A stretch of 64,000 nt of DNA from NCBI RefSeq assembly GCF_009834535.1, contig NC_045697.1, positions 69,194,001 through 69,258,000 of the forward strand. Direction: 5' to 3'. Position numbers and translations under genes: made by a program. Position 1 is the first letter of the stretch; every line of letters begins with the position of its first letter. Source of the DNA: Camelus ferus. Its lineage: Eukaryota. Below the pieces are notes generated by a model that was given only the letters and a program-made list of their open reading frames with translations, was not told where the DNA came from and ran no database searches. Positions 51,110 to 64,000 of the stretch are shown here, in pieces.

Positions 51110-53424
51110 TGCTGAACATAATTCTGGCAACAAAGAGTTTGGATTACAAAAATGATGGGGAGTTGACAGTTTGACCTTCAGTTGTCTCAAAGATGGGGTC
51201 TTTGACTGGACTTCTTAATTTTGTTAAACTCAACTTGACAAATGAGTAAGAAGTGCCAGAACATGCCGGCTGGCGAAGAATTATAATTAAAGCCTGTAGC
51301 TGACAAGAAGCCGGAAGAAAAAAAAAAATCTAAGATTACAGTTAAGTCTGCCAAGTGCTTTAAAATAGACATTCAGATTCGTGGTAAATCCTCAGGAATG
51401 CGTAAGCACCCGGCTGCAGACACCTCGTCTTCTGGGAACCTGTGGGCACCACCCTCTCCTTCGGGGAACAGCACCTCCCTCTCCCTTCTTGTAAGGACTC
51501 CCTCTCCCCAAATCGGCTCCATCAGCCCCTCAGAGCTGCCAGCTCTCACCTGACCCCACTGCCCCGGGGAGAGTTGGGAAGCCCCAAATTCCCATCCTCA
51601 GACACTAGGACTTAGAACAGGGTCTGTCTCTAGTGGCTGAAGCTGTAAAAGGCCCCACTCAGGAGCCACGCGCAGTGAGTTTTTCACCTTGTGGAGAGAG
51701 TCAGTCTGCAGTGAGAGGGGGAGCCAGTGCTTAGGAAGAAACAAAGAATAAGGGGGGAAGAGAGAAAATCCTGCCAGTGTTAGAATCCCTGGCTTGAGCA
51801 TGGGTGCTCTGAGCCACTCCAGGATCCTCAGACCTCAGGATTGCATGGACTGGCTCAGTCTGGATCTGCATTTACATCTGAGGAGTCTGGATAACTATGC
51901 TTTAGTGCGGCATGTAGGCATCTCTCTCTCTCACACACACACACACTCACCCAAGACTAAAGCTCACAATCTCTGCTGGAAAAAAAGTGTTGGGGGTAGG
52001 GTGGGAAGCAGACGAGGGGCAGAGGGAAGTTTTATTTAATAAGTTACTCAACTGGTTGGTATCTGCAGGCAATAACTGAGTCCATGTGAATGACTCCCTT
52101 CAGGCTGACTCACTATCTGTTCAGCATCACCAGTGAAACAATCCGTTCAGAATGGAACTTTTAGGTGTTTTGTCTATATCGCTGATAATTCTTACATGAT
52201 TTAAGGTCCAGTTTTCCACATTAACGTGAATGTTCATTTCCTTGGTTTAATGAACTTTTTAGGACTCAAACTGATTGGGAACAAAATGCAATTTGTCTTT
52301 TGGCCACTTTTCTCTGTACCCAGAACCTGCTGCTTCTGGGAGGTGCACACACAGAGCCTTGTCTATACCCTGGTAGTAAGCCCTTCTCCTCCCACCTGAA
52401 TCCTGCAGCAGAGCCCTGGGAGTTAAAGACGGCAAGGGTGCTGGACTTGGTGTGTAAAGCCAGAAAATATCATCCTACGAAGCTGAATCTAGCTGGAATA
52501 AGAATAAATGAGTAAGACGTGGAGCCACTGTCCACAGGTCCTTATTCCCTTAGTCATTTGTTTCAGGTGACATAAAGGTGGAGTTCGGAACAGCAGCAGC
52601 AGGGACAGAAAGGGAAAGAGTCAGAATGAGAGCCAGAGCCAGAGACCAAGACAGCAGGTCACAAGAAGGATATATTCAAAAACTACAGACTCGAGAATAT
52701 AGGAGGATTTCCTATACACATATTCTTTAGTAACAAAGATTATATTAAGAAAACCTCACATAAATGAACATAAGAATTCTTTCTGTTCATACTGAGTATT
52801 CCTATATGTTTAGTCTCGTGACCCTCAGTCATCTCCTCGAAGTCTGCAGCTGTTGCTGCAGCAGGCAGCAGAGGCAAAAACAAACTGACCGTAACAAAGT
52901 GCTGTAGAGAGACAAAATGAATAGCGGTCAATTTAAAAAGTTGAAACAAGTATTTTCTGAAAATTAGCCATTCCACATATCGGCTATTAGACAATTAGCT
53001 CTCGGCATATCAATCTGGAGGCTTTAAGAGATGATCCTCTAGTGAAAATAGATTCCCAAGATCCCCCAGGTACTAGACAGGATCTCTCAGAACTTAGCAA
53101 GGAGACCAATATGCATCTAAGAAGAAGTAAGACATATTAATGAAACACGTCTCAGGCAGTATCACGTAACAGAAGTTGAGAGCGCCAACAAACAAGACAG
53201 GTATCGATGTGCGTCTGTTACTGTACAAGGGAGACTCTGAAATCTCAGCCACTTAGGGAAGCCGGCTCTAGAGGTTGGCAGAGAGAGCATTCCAGTCAGC
53301 CTTCTCCTGCACAAACCATCCTGTTCTCAAGCCACCTGGCTCACCTGCCATTTCCCTGGAATCCAGAAAAAGGGTGGCCTGGACAAGCGCTAGATGTGGG
53401 CAGACAGACAGACAGGATCCTGCA

Positions 53425-53655
53425 ATACAGACTAACTTGTCTTGAATCTCAGTTCCACTGCTTACTACCTGTGTGGTCTTGGTTAAGTTATCAAACCTGC
53501 CGAAGCCTCAATTTCCCTATCTGTGAAATGGTACCTTACACCCCAAGGCTGTTATGAAGATACAGGAAATAATCCAAGAAATGCAAACACTATGCTGTTT
53601 TGCACATAACAAGAATTCAGTCAAAGTTCATTATCATCGTCATTATCATCACTAT
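53425..53655 (+). mobile_element. MIR SINE
   Basis: ttgaatctcagttccactgcttactacctgtgtggtcttggttaagtta...cctcaatttccctatctgtgaaatgg. Confidence 0.7.
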
Positions 53656-55188
53656 TATGTTGGACCAAGAGAAAGACATCAGATGCTATCGAAGCACATT
53701 GGAGGGGTTTCTAACCCAGCACCATGGGAGAGGAATCCACTTTGCTCTGGCACTTGCCCTGCCGGACCCCCTTCTAAGGAAGCCATGGCCACACTGGATG
53801 ATTGTGCCTAAAGGAGGTGGCAGTCACCAACTTGCCAATCCATCTTCTTTCTTGACAAATTGGAAATCACCTAAGAGGCACTCAGAGTAAAGGCAGGAGG
53901 GAAAGGCCGTGAGTAAGCAAAAGCCAGGAGCAGGCAGAAGCCGTGAGGGGGAGGAAGCTGAGAGCGCACAGAAGTGGTACAGCGGGGCAAGAGCAGCGAG
54001 CAGTCAGCAGCGTGCGGCCGTGCCCGCGGCCCCCTGAACCAGGCCAGGGACCTCACTGCTGCCAAGACACTGACTAGGCACTCCGGTCACTGAAGATTCA
54101 CGACTCCTGAAAGACTTTCCAGGTACTACAGCGTGTCCTACTCGCTGTGAGGGCTCACCCTTCCATGGTGTGATGAACACGGTACATCTCAGTAAGGATG
54201 TGAGAAACCAGCCCACTGTCCCTCCAGCCTCTGTCTCCTCATTGGCACCTCGTTCATCTGACAATCTCTGGAATTGAAGCAGCTTCTCCCCATGGTTCTG
54301 CAATAAAGGACTATGTTCTGGGTGTAACTAGTTCTTCTTGAAAGAGGTCTCTCCACACGTGCAGACACCAAAAGGCAAACAGAGCTCCAGAAGGGTTTCA
54401 AACAGAGAAACCTCGGGGGTGTCTGTGGCTCTCTCCACCAGCGCAGAGCGGCCTGTGTGCCACCTGGCAAGCTTCAGCCTCTTCTCTCTCAATGCACACA
54501 GAAGAGAAAGGCAAAAATAGCATTAACAAGCCCCTGAGGTCTGGGACTCTTCTGCTTTGGCGTAGACACGCACATTCCTTCCAACGGCTGGACGAGAAAC
54601 AGAGACAGGCATATGGAATGTGTACCCGAAGCCAGGCGAGATGGACCCCTTCGAGATTTATGAGCCTGGGTCCTGATTCACCCACCCTCCCTAAACTAGA
54701 CCCTACTGGGTGGAACTGGCCAACAGTTTTCCTACAGTAAGAGGGAGAGAGGCATCTCCCTACTTGAGAAAGAAAGACAAGATAGAACATTTTAAAGAAA
54801 ACAAATGACACGGGGAGGGAAGGGTGGTCCTGGAGAGCGGGTGATGTGGTTTAAAACTGTGTCCACTGGAAGACCAAGATGGGCCACAGGGAAATCTGCC
54901 CCTTAACAATTCATGAGAGATTCTCTAAGAATGGTACAGGTCAAAGCCACTCTGCAAACCCCAAAGCATCCATCTGTCTAGGCAATTCTAATTGCTGCAG
55001 AATCCAGAGAGAGGACATGGAAAAACGGGAGCTCGCTGGGCCCTGAGCAGTTCAGGGAGCCGTGAGGGCGCAGGGGCCACATGACTCACGGCCTGGCGAA
55101 GAGATGCAATGTTAAAGGAAGACCAGCTGCTTTCGATGCACGGGGCTTCCCTTTTTTTTCTTGTCAAAAAGGTCATCGGTAGGGATAG

Positions 55189-55272
55189 AGGGGTGGATAT
55201 AACTCAGTGGTAAAGTGAATGCCTAGCATGCACCAGGTCCTGGGTTCAATCCCCAGTACCCCCATTAGAAAC
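55189..55272 (+). mobile_element. tRNA-derived SINE (Vic-1-like)
   Basis: ggatataactcagtggtaaagtgaatgcctagcatgcaccaggtcctgggttcaatccccagtacc. Confidence 0.85.
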
Positions 55273-58200
55273 AATTTTTTTTAAGTCATTGGTGAGATTC
55301 AAGGAACCCTTTCTTGCAGATAAAACATGGCCCTGACCTGCTTTTGTGGAGAGGCTGGAAGAGGAGGGCGGTCACTTTCAGGTCTCCATGAAGTCCTGCA
55401 ACCAGGCAGCTGAGGGGGAGGCCTGCCGTGCCACAGCTCCTCGCGGGCACCGTCTCAGGCCAGGGAAGCGCCTCGCTGCCCGGTGGGAACGGCTGCCTCT
55501 CTGAACGAGGAAACACAGCCCCTTGCAAGCGTCACTTTTCAGAAGTCCGGCGTGTTCCTGGCCACTCCCATTTTCACTTGCATGTTCAAAAGATGAGAGG
55601 TAGACTCAGGAATGTTCCCAAGTGAGAAGTTTAAACTGAAATATGTAATAGAGACTCTGATCGTGGTGTCCCTATAAACTAAAGTGAAAAACATTGAAGT
55701 CTAGCCCTAGTGGCAGGTGATCACCATGTTCCGGGGCTTCAGAGATATACAGCTCATTCAGTTATTGAGCAAAGGGTCTCATGGGGATCACCTGAGAGAT
55801 GCCAGGTGCTGTGTTAGTCACGGGTCACTAAGTGAACGTATGGAGACGCCCTTAGGTGCTGGTTCAGAGGGGAGTCAGGTAAGTAAGCAGGAGAGTGCTG
55901 GGCAGAGGTATCGGCATGTGTGTTATGGGGGTGCAGAGGGAAGGGGCAGAAGGTCCCGTCAGCAAGTGCGGAGACAGAGTGGCAGGACCTGGACCACTGA
56001 GGGGTCTATGTGCAAGTGTGACATGTGGGCAGAGGAGACTAAGTGGTTGGCAGGGCAGGGCCGGGATTGAATCTGAAGGCATTTCAAGCAGAAGGCAGCC
56101 CAGGTCATTTGTTCATTTAGAAAGCTCACTCCTCCTTGGGCAGCAGGTAGGTGCTAAGGAAACAGCCGTTGGCTCAGTAGGTGGTGATGTGGGCGGGCAG
56201 GGCTGAACAAAAGCCAGACAAAAACCACAGGAGAGCGACACAACTGAACACTGACCCTATGCCAGCACCGGGAGACCTGGATTATTTCCCCCCAAGTAAA
56301 ACTTCCAGGTTGGACTGCTACCCAGGGCAAGACGCACACCCAGAGATGGAGTAACTTGCTAGGTGATCCTGGTGAGAACGTGGCAGAGCAGGGATCTGAG
56401 CCCAGCCACTTGACCCCAGAGCAGGCAGCAGTGGGCAAGAGGATTCTGACTTCCAACGCAACATCATGAACTTGTCCTAAAATGTTAAGTATGAAAAGTG
56501 ATGTCAGAGCGATAGTCTTACCTCAGACCGCACTGATCACGATCTGAAAACCAAAGCGAGTAGGAGACAAGACCTCTCCCCACGGCCCCCACAGACAAAA
56601 CTTCCCTCTCTTGCAGACCCCAGCGAAATCAGGGGGATAAAAAGTGGCTGAAGGGAGGACTCGGTGAGGGAGCAGATTCCTCTGGGGAAAGCAGTTGCTG
56701 CACTGTGTGACTCCACTCCCCGGGGAGTGAGCCGATTTCTTTTTATCCAAAACCCACTGTAGAGTTTCAGGAGGACCACTGAGGAAGCTCTGAGACATCG
56801 CGATTAGGGCCTGCGTCTGTCAGGAAGGAGGCTGTGGGCTTGAGGTCTGACCCCTGCCTTAGGGATCGAGGAGGGAGCCAGGGCAGACGAGGGCTGTTCT
56901 GGCGGGACTGGCCTCACCCCCAGATGAGCGTGCCCAGGAGAAAACATGAGGGCAGCACCAGACAGGCAGTTTGGGGTGAGAAGAAGAGACCTCAGAAGGC
57001 AGAGATCGGAGGAGCACTGGCTGAGGGAGACGGCAGGTCTGGGCACGGCTACCAGGCAGCCACCCAGAATGGTGATGCCCATCAAGTTGAAGGGACTCAC
57101 AGGGAAGCTTCAGAAAGGCCAAGACATCACCCCTTTACCATCTGCCAGGCCTGGAGGGGAAAGCCTCACCCCCACCCCTCCCTGGCAGGAAGTGGGCAGA
57201 GGAAGCTCTGGGGGGCGGGGACATGGTGACAGGAGGAAGCATGGGGCGAAGGCCTCACCCCCTTCCTCCCTTCAGGGGCCCAAGGCTGACAGAGCTGGGC
57301 AAAGGGGAGTATTTTAACGCAAAGTGAGGTTTGGGGCTGCGATCATTGTCGAGCCCTGGCTAATAACTGGGCCTGGCCTTGTCCCTCAAAATGAAGGCAG
57401 GACTTTGGCACCTGAGGGTGAACAACAAAGGCACTGCATTTTTGACCCACCTGAATTTTCATTCCAGAGAAACTCCTCTGAAAAAAGTTTACAGGGACAT
57501 TCAAAAAGAGAAAAAAAAGTTGTTGATTTTTTTGTCAACTTATTTCCCATGTCTGCTGAATATACTGATCACAGCACGTCAGACTGTACGCTTTCCAGTA
57601 CTTCGATAAAATTTTTAGCTGCAACAGAGAGCATGAGGAGATGACATGGACAATTGAAAAAGAGAGATGCAAGCTTACTACATTTCAGTCAATAAAAGGA
57701 AACCTTCAAAAGTATCTTCAGCATCTCAGAAATGTCTTAAAGTAGCCTCTCAGCCGAGGCATATGTTTTCTGTTTGAGTTGTCTGGGTAAGCACTGCCAC
57801 CTACCCTGGCCCCCTGGCTCCAGAAACTTGACCACCCCTGCTCCAAATGCCTGAATCACTGATTCTCCTTGCCTTATTTTTCCTTCCTGGGAAAATACGG
57901 AAAGTTTTTCCAAGGTGCGTCTACGCTATGATCATGACAGGAAGCCACTGGAGAGTTCTGAAGGGAGACTGATAACTACAGAGAGTGGCCGGAGGGAAAG
58001 CCTCCAGGGAGGAATCATCCTTGTCCCCAGGAAAGCCAGGGAGAAGAGCAACACGCGTTGGAGCTCTTCTCATTCCCACTGCGACTCCTGGGGTCAGGGC
58101 GGTGCCCCAGCCCTTCCCTTCTGGCTGCTCCCTATAGAGCCCGGCTGGGTGAGCGCGATGGGGAACCAGGGAGGGGGCTTGGGGATGGAGGCCCCATGGA

Positions 58201-58883
58201 GTCTTTTATGATGTATAAAGCTCTCCTGCGTGTTCCCATTCATTCAGTCACAAATACCAGGGCATCCACGGCACAGGAGGTGAAGTGCCAGAACTGAGCA
58301 TCAAGGGGTGACGAAGACAGGCTCCTGCCCTCAAGGAGTTTTCGGTCAGACAAGCCAGGCCCACTTCACCCTCCGCCCAGGGGGGCCGGGGCTGGAGCTG
58401 TGTTAGAGGTGGCAGCAGGAGCAACGGGAACCAGGAACTCACACTGAGGACCAGGGAAGAGCTGTCCCCCCGCCCTCCACCAGCTCTGCCGCGGCACCCT
58501 CACTTGCGGTAGGTAGTGCCATATCACTCTGCCCCTTGCCCCGCCTAAGAACTGAGTAATAAGCATAAACCTTGGGCAAAACAGAAAAGGAAAGATACCC
58601 CTAATTTTTCCATGAATCAAGACAATCATATATAGAGTTCCACTTTTATCCCAAAAATAAGTGTTTTTTCCCCTGATATCCAGAATTAATGGATGTTAGA
58701 AATGTGCTGTTTCTAACACTGTACCGTTATCATATCAGACGTCAGAAACCACATGTAATTTTACTTCCTTTTAGACTGTAAGAACTGTTAATACAGTATG
58801 CTTACTTGACATCTGAGGTGACTAATGACTTCTATACTGAATGATACAGCCAGGGTTTTAAAAAATGCTTTCATCTTACCTTT

Positions 58884-60080
58884 GCTCATTCATTCTTTCA
58901 TCCTCATTATTTCTTGATCATCTACTATATGCCAGTAAATGTTCTAAGTACCAGAGTGTAGCAGTTAAAAAAAAAAAAAGGTCCCTATTTATATTTGTTT
59001 TTAAAAGTCCGCGTTAGCAAAGAAGTAATAAGTCCTATGAAAACACAGAGGGGAAAAACACAGGAAAGGAGGAAGAAAGTGCTGAGAGTGGTGTGAGAGT
59101 GGCTTTAAACAGGCCAGGAAGGCCTACAAATAAAGGTGACGTTAGAGCAAAGACCAAGAAGTAAAGGAAAGCGCCACTGTGGACCTATGGGGGAGAGAAT
59201 GCCAGGCAGAGGAAGAGCAGTGCAAAGGCCCTGGGGTCGGGGGTACATCTAGATGTTGGAGGAACACCAAGCTGCTTAATGGGGGCTAGAGTACATCGGG
59301 GGAGGGGACAGTGTTGGAAAAAGGTCTCAGAAGTAATGGGGCACCATATACAGCTTTGAGTGAGACAGTTCATTGGAGGGTTTGAGTAGAGAAGTGACAG
59401 GATCTCTCCCACATTTAAAAGAATCACTCTGGCTGCTATGGGGAGGTGGCCTGTGGTGGGAGTCAGGGCATAAGAGCAGAGGCAGGGAAACAAACGAGGC
59501 TTCGGCCACTAATGCAGGCAAGAAGTGGCAGCTTAGATCGGGGTATAGCAGTGGAGTGGTGAGAAAAAATCAGATTCTCAATGTAATTTCAAGGCAGAGC
59601 TGACAGTATTTGCTGATAGCACAGACATGCCATTTCCTGCAACTGGGAAGAACACGTCTGAGGGGAGAAATCAGGAGTGTTGTTCTGGATCGTTAAAAGC
59701 CCGAGGGGCATTTAAGCAGAGATGCTGGGTAGGCTTCTAGCTATGACAAGTTTGAGGGTCAAATGAGGTCGAGACCAAAGACCTAAATTTGGAAGTCATA
59801 AGTGATGGATGGTGACTAAAGCCCCAAGCCTGGATGAAAGCTCCTGGAGCATGAGTGAAGACAGAGGAGGTGTCTCAGGACCAAGCCTGGAGCACTCCAA
59901 AATTCAGAGGTCCAAGAGGCAAGCTGGACCCTGCAAAGGAGTGTGAGAAGACACTGCTTATGAGGTAGGAGACCAGGAGTGTGTGATATCTTGGAAGCCA
60001 AGTGAGGAATATGTCCCCTGAAGGGAGGAATGATAAACCATGCCTTAGTCCTTGCTTTACTGATAAAGGTTTCTGGGTAC
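58884..60080 (-). mobile_element. L2 fragment
   Basis: cattcattc terminus, then purine-rich L2 phrases (aatgccaggcagaggaagagcagtgcaaaggccctg, gaatcactctggctgct). Confidence 0.75.
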
Positions 60081-60410
60081 CTGGATGAGAAAATGCTGTG
60101 CTCCAGGACCCAGTATGGATTCAACAAGGGCCAGGGTCAAGTAAGTCTTCTGCTGGTTAACAGAGACAAAGACAAGATGCAGAAAGACAATCTGATGTAA
60201 TGACAAGAAGATGGATTAGAAACTCTTTGAATGATGACACCCAAGGGCACATGTAAGTGAATGAGTGTCAACCCCAATGGAAATTTCTAGTGACATGTCA
60301 TTGGGTTCTGTCCCTGGCCTGCTCAACATATCAGTGGCTTCTATCAGTAATAACTACACTTGACTTTAATCAGAACAATATAGGAGGTGTGTTAAAACAG
60401 AGCCTCCCAG

Positions 60411-60538
60411 AGGGGAGGGTATAGCTCAGTGGTAGAGTGCATGCCTAGCATGCATGAGGTCATGGGTTCAATCCCCAGTACCTCCATTTAAATAAATAAA
60501 TAAACCTAATTACCTCCCCTCTCCAGTGGTGGTGGGTG
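60411..60538 (+). mobile_element. tRNA-derived SINE (Vic-1-like) with 11-bp TSD, inside a MER5-like element
   Basis: ggggagggtatagctcagtggtagagtgcatgcctagcatgcatgagg...gggttcaatccccagtacctcc. GAGCCTCCCAG at 60400-60410 and 60539-60549. Confidence 0.9.
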
Positions 60539-61934
60539 GAGCCTCCCAGTGTCCACCCTAGACCTTCTGAATCAGAATTTCCCAGGTGGCACTGGGGCAT
60601 CCACTTGGGACTCTCAGTGATCAACTGCACGATCTCAAGCTGCTGCATGGAGAGCAGACAGGAGCGAAGGCACATGATCCAGCCATACCCTCTACAGCCC
60701 CTAAAGCACTCTCTCCCTGATGCAGAGGACACCCTAGAGGGAGGTCAAAGGAGCAAGACTAAGATGGTGTAGGGACTCCACCCAGAGAGAAGCGGGTGTT
60801 TACTCTAGAAACTCAGAAGGAACTACACCCTGGATACCCCAAAGGGCTGATATGGAGGACTTACTGTGGGATCCAACAGGGTAGACCCACATTCAATGAA
60901 TGAAAACTAGTAGGACAGGATTCTAATTTGGTGGGAGGAAGGTCTTTCTAACAGAGAAAACTGGAGAGAAGTGATGAGTACTTTGCTATGGGAATTGTTA
61001 CTTACATACACTTCAAATTAGCATTGATTGCAATGTATTATTTTATGTATGTATGCATATATTTTATATATAGGCATGTCCTTCCTAGAACATAAATTCC
61101 CTGAGGAATTACATGTCCAGAGTTCGGCACAAGCCCTGCCCCATTCTGTACACCCAGTAAGTGTTCTTTGAATGAATGAGTTGATTATGGATGGACATTG
61201 CCAAGCCTGTTGTAGAGGTAATTCATGGTATGTAATTATTAATGTTCCTTCTAAAACAGCAGATTCTATGATTTCTGAAAAATTGCACACCATCCCCTGG
61301 AGACACACTCATCCTTTGCATCTTGACAATTTGAAATTTAGATAAAATGAATTATTTAATTATTATATCTAATATTCAACTGTAATATTAGTCCTAGGTT
61401 TAAAGCTCAGCCTGGTATTAAGTATGAGCGGTAATAATTTTTGCCTCCAATGTTTCTGTTGTCCACATAAAAATGTGCAAAGCCCCGTCTATGAAAGAAA
61501 TCTGATCTTCCAGCTGTGACCCAGTTTGGGGATTTACCCTCTAGGCCTCTTTTCAATTAAATGTCACCACATCTCCATTGGGGGGATTTACTGTTTCTTG
61601 GGCTGGTTTGGCCCTGCAGGTGCATACTGCCTGCCACACTTGATCGGCCGTGGTTCACCTCAGAACGTTATCCCATCAGAGGCCTGGTCTAGCTTAGAAG
61701 TTAACCCAAAGGACTTCAACAGAGCAGCCTCTGCAGTTACCAAGTCAATCAATGCACATCCCATGCTCCTTAAGAGAACCCAAAACAAAGCCAGTTCTCG
61801 GTTCATGGATCAGAGCCCAGAACTCTCCTAAACTCTGAGGCAGCTTTCAAAGCCACCATTCTGCTCGTGTCCCCACCTAGGAGTGGACATACTATGGTAA
61901 AGCATCCAGAGGACAAAACCCGGTCTCTAGAGAG

Positions 61935-62130
61935 CATTTACCTTATACCAGGCACTGTGTTAGGAGCCATCTCATTCCATCCTCACAGCAATCCTATGAG
62001 GTGACATTACTGTCCCTTGCATAAACGAGGAAAGGGTATCTCGGAGAAGTTAATGAGGTTGCCCAGTCACACTTTTACATGATGGTCAATGGAGGAGTCA
62101 GTATTTGAACTCCAGTTTGTTCAGCCCCAG
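61935..62130 (-). mobile_element. MIR SINE
   Basis: ccaggcactgtgt...cctcacagcaatcctatgaggt...gaggaaa...ttgcccagtcacac. Confidence 0.65.
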
Positions 62131-62740
62131 AACTGTGCTTTTTTTCCTCACAACAACCAGAGCGATTTCAAACAAAAGCCAGATCAGGACACTCCCTTAT
62201 CAAAGTGCCCTGGTGACTTCCTCCCATCCAATTCCTGCAGGACTCTGCCTACTCTGGGCTCTACCTGCCTCTCCCGCCACACCCCTACTTCTTCTTGCTC
62301 TGGCTCTCACCCTTCCAGGCCCACCAGCCAGTCTTCCTGTTCCTTGGAATCATGAAGTCCCCAACTCAGGGCCATCATACCTGCTATTCCCTCTGCCTGG
62401 AACGCTATTCCCTCAGGACTCTGCAGGCCACCCCCCCCCCCCTTTACTTTATCCAAGTCTCTGCTCCAGTGCAACCTCCTCTGGGAGCCTCTTCCAACTA
62501 CTCTATCTAAACGAGACCCCTGCCCCCTCGCTGTGTAACTAGCCTCACCCTACACCTTACGTTTCTCAGGAGCACTCACCCATACCTGCATGTGTACTCT
62601 TGGCTAGTTAACTGCTTACAGCCAGTGCACCTACACCCCAACTAGAACGTAAGCTCCACGGGGCAGGACCCTGCATCGTTCACTGCTGCATCCTCATCCC
62701 CATGCCAGGTCCCAGGCACGTGGCCAGTGCGCACCAAACT
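62130..62740 (+). mobile_element. L2 fragment
   Basis: ctgctattccctctgcctggaacgct...ctagaacgtaagctccacggggcagg. Confidence 0.7.
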
Positions 62741-64000
62741 GGGTTGCTGTGTGTCCTTTACCAGCTACCACCTCTGCTTGGTCCCAGCTCACAGAGCTCT
62801 GCTACACAGAAGCTGGGTAACCTTGGCCGCGTAACTTCAAGTCTGCAGAGAAACTACCCTGTACTGATGGTGGCCCTGATGAAAGAGGGAACTGCTGTTC
62901 ATCCCTCCCTAAAGACCACGTCATCCCCTTGCTCTGCTATTTCTATGACACTGCCATTTTTATCAAAGAAGAGACATCTGGGGTAACTGATGAAACAAAA
63001 GGATAATTATATTCCACAAAGAGAAAAAAATCCTTCAAAACAACAAATTGTCTATTTATTGCTAGAACAGACAATTAGTTCATATAATGCCTTCCAGCGT
63101 CGTTTCAAAGCAGATAGAAATGGACTCTGATTAAAGGAGAGTTATAAAAAGCTGTATTATCTGGCATCGAACCAAAGAGAAGGCTTCTAAAAGTGGAATT
63201 TCTGAGATTCCACCAATACAAATCTCCAAGCTTACAAAGGGATTGAGGCAGAAGCCCATCATAATCCAAAAGAAGACCAGTCTTCAACATAAAAGTTTCT
63301 AGAGATAAAATTATCTGTGTTTGGGGAACTTAATTTGTCTCCCTTCCTGTACAATCACTGCCCTGCCTCATAAGGTTGCTGGAAGGTGGTCCATTTTCCA
63401 TAAAACATTTCACATTCTGTGGAAGTATTTTGTAAACACACAGAGGGTGGTTCAGTTTCAAAACTCTGGATTTACTTTGCATTTTCTTTGATGCAGTCTA
63501 TCTAAACATTGTTTTACTAAATGTGGAAATTCCTTCCTGCATCTGAGGGTCTTTTGTTTGCTGGACTTTCTTAGCTTCTCTCTCCCTTCCTATTACCTAA
63601 CACACTTCAAAGGAACTCCTGACTTCAGGCCTTGGTCAAACTCAGAGGGTGAAATACCAAAGCGATAAGAGAATGTTCTTCTGGGAAAATCTAAGCTAAC
63701 CTCTTAGTTTTCAAGTTTTAACCAATCTAGCCGCTCGCTCACTCTCACAGGTGGGAGATAATAAAGCTTTACAATGTAGCCAAATACCAGAATAGATAAA
63801 ATGCTGCCAAACGGTTTCACTTCCAAAGAAGGGGAAAAAAAAAAAAGGAGTCAGGATTTATTTTGAATTCCAGTGCTTGGCCTCAGAGGGAGAAGCTGCA
63901 GAGAGAAAGTTTAAAGGAATGGCTGGCAAGACATGCGGAGGAGGGGTGGACACGGGGCAGGGGTGTCATGAGTGTGTTACTTACAGGATAAACTACCCAG

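Noticed and set aside
50772..51190. ORFs rich in ER or SL repeats
   Set aside because: Translations of the GA microsatellite.
60411..60485. tRNA-like sequence with A and B boxes (also 55189, 46106, 9200)
   Set aside because: Dispersed copies with SINE tails and TSDs, so SINEs rather than tRNA genes.
47904..64000. TSPAN5 exon 2 (FLGITFLGIGLWAWNEK-like)
   Set aside because: Not found by eye. It probably lies beyond the window.

Overview
Mammalian genomic DNA, very likely camelid: it carries four short tRNA-derived SINEs resembling the camelid Vic-1 family. Two genes converge tail to tail. The last three coding exons and 3' UTR of RAP1GDS1 (SmgGDS) lie on the + strand (5199-~19240). Exons 3-8 plus the 3' UTR of TSPAN5 (tetraspanin-5) lie on the - strand (47903-~34920); its exons 1-2 are beyond the right edge. 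The rest is intron or intergenic sequence with many repeats: a young 5'-truncated L1 with a 15-bp TSD, older L1/L2/MIR, MaLR/ERV LTRs, Tigger/Charlie DNA transposons and microsatellites. Almost all entries in the ORF track are spurious or are repeat fragments. I see no evidence of a new multi-gene system. The best leads are small-scale: a candidate poison exon behind a 200-nt CU tract in TSPAN5, a possible L1 transduction, a 37-bp micro-inversion, a splice-donor-like microsatellite, divergent CTCF-like sites with a promoter-like island between the genes, and a candidate distal TSPAN5 poly(A) site. Gene and repeat names come from memory of the families, not from database searches. Boundaries of old repeats are approximate.
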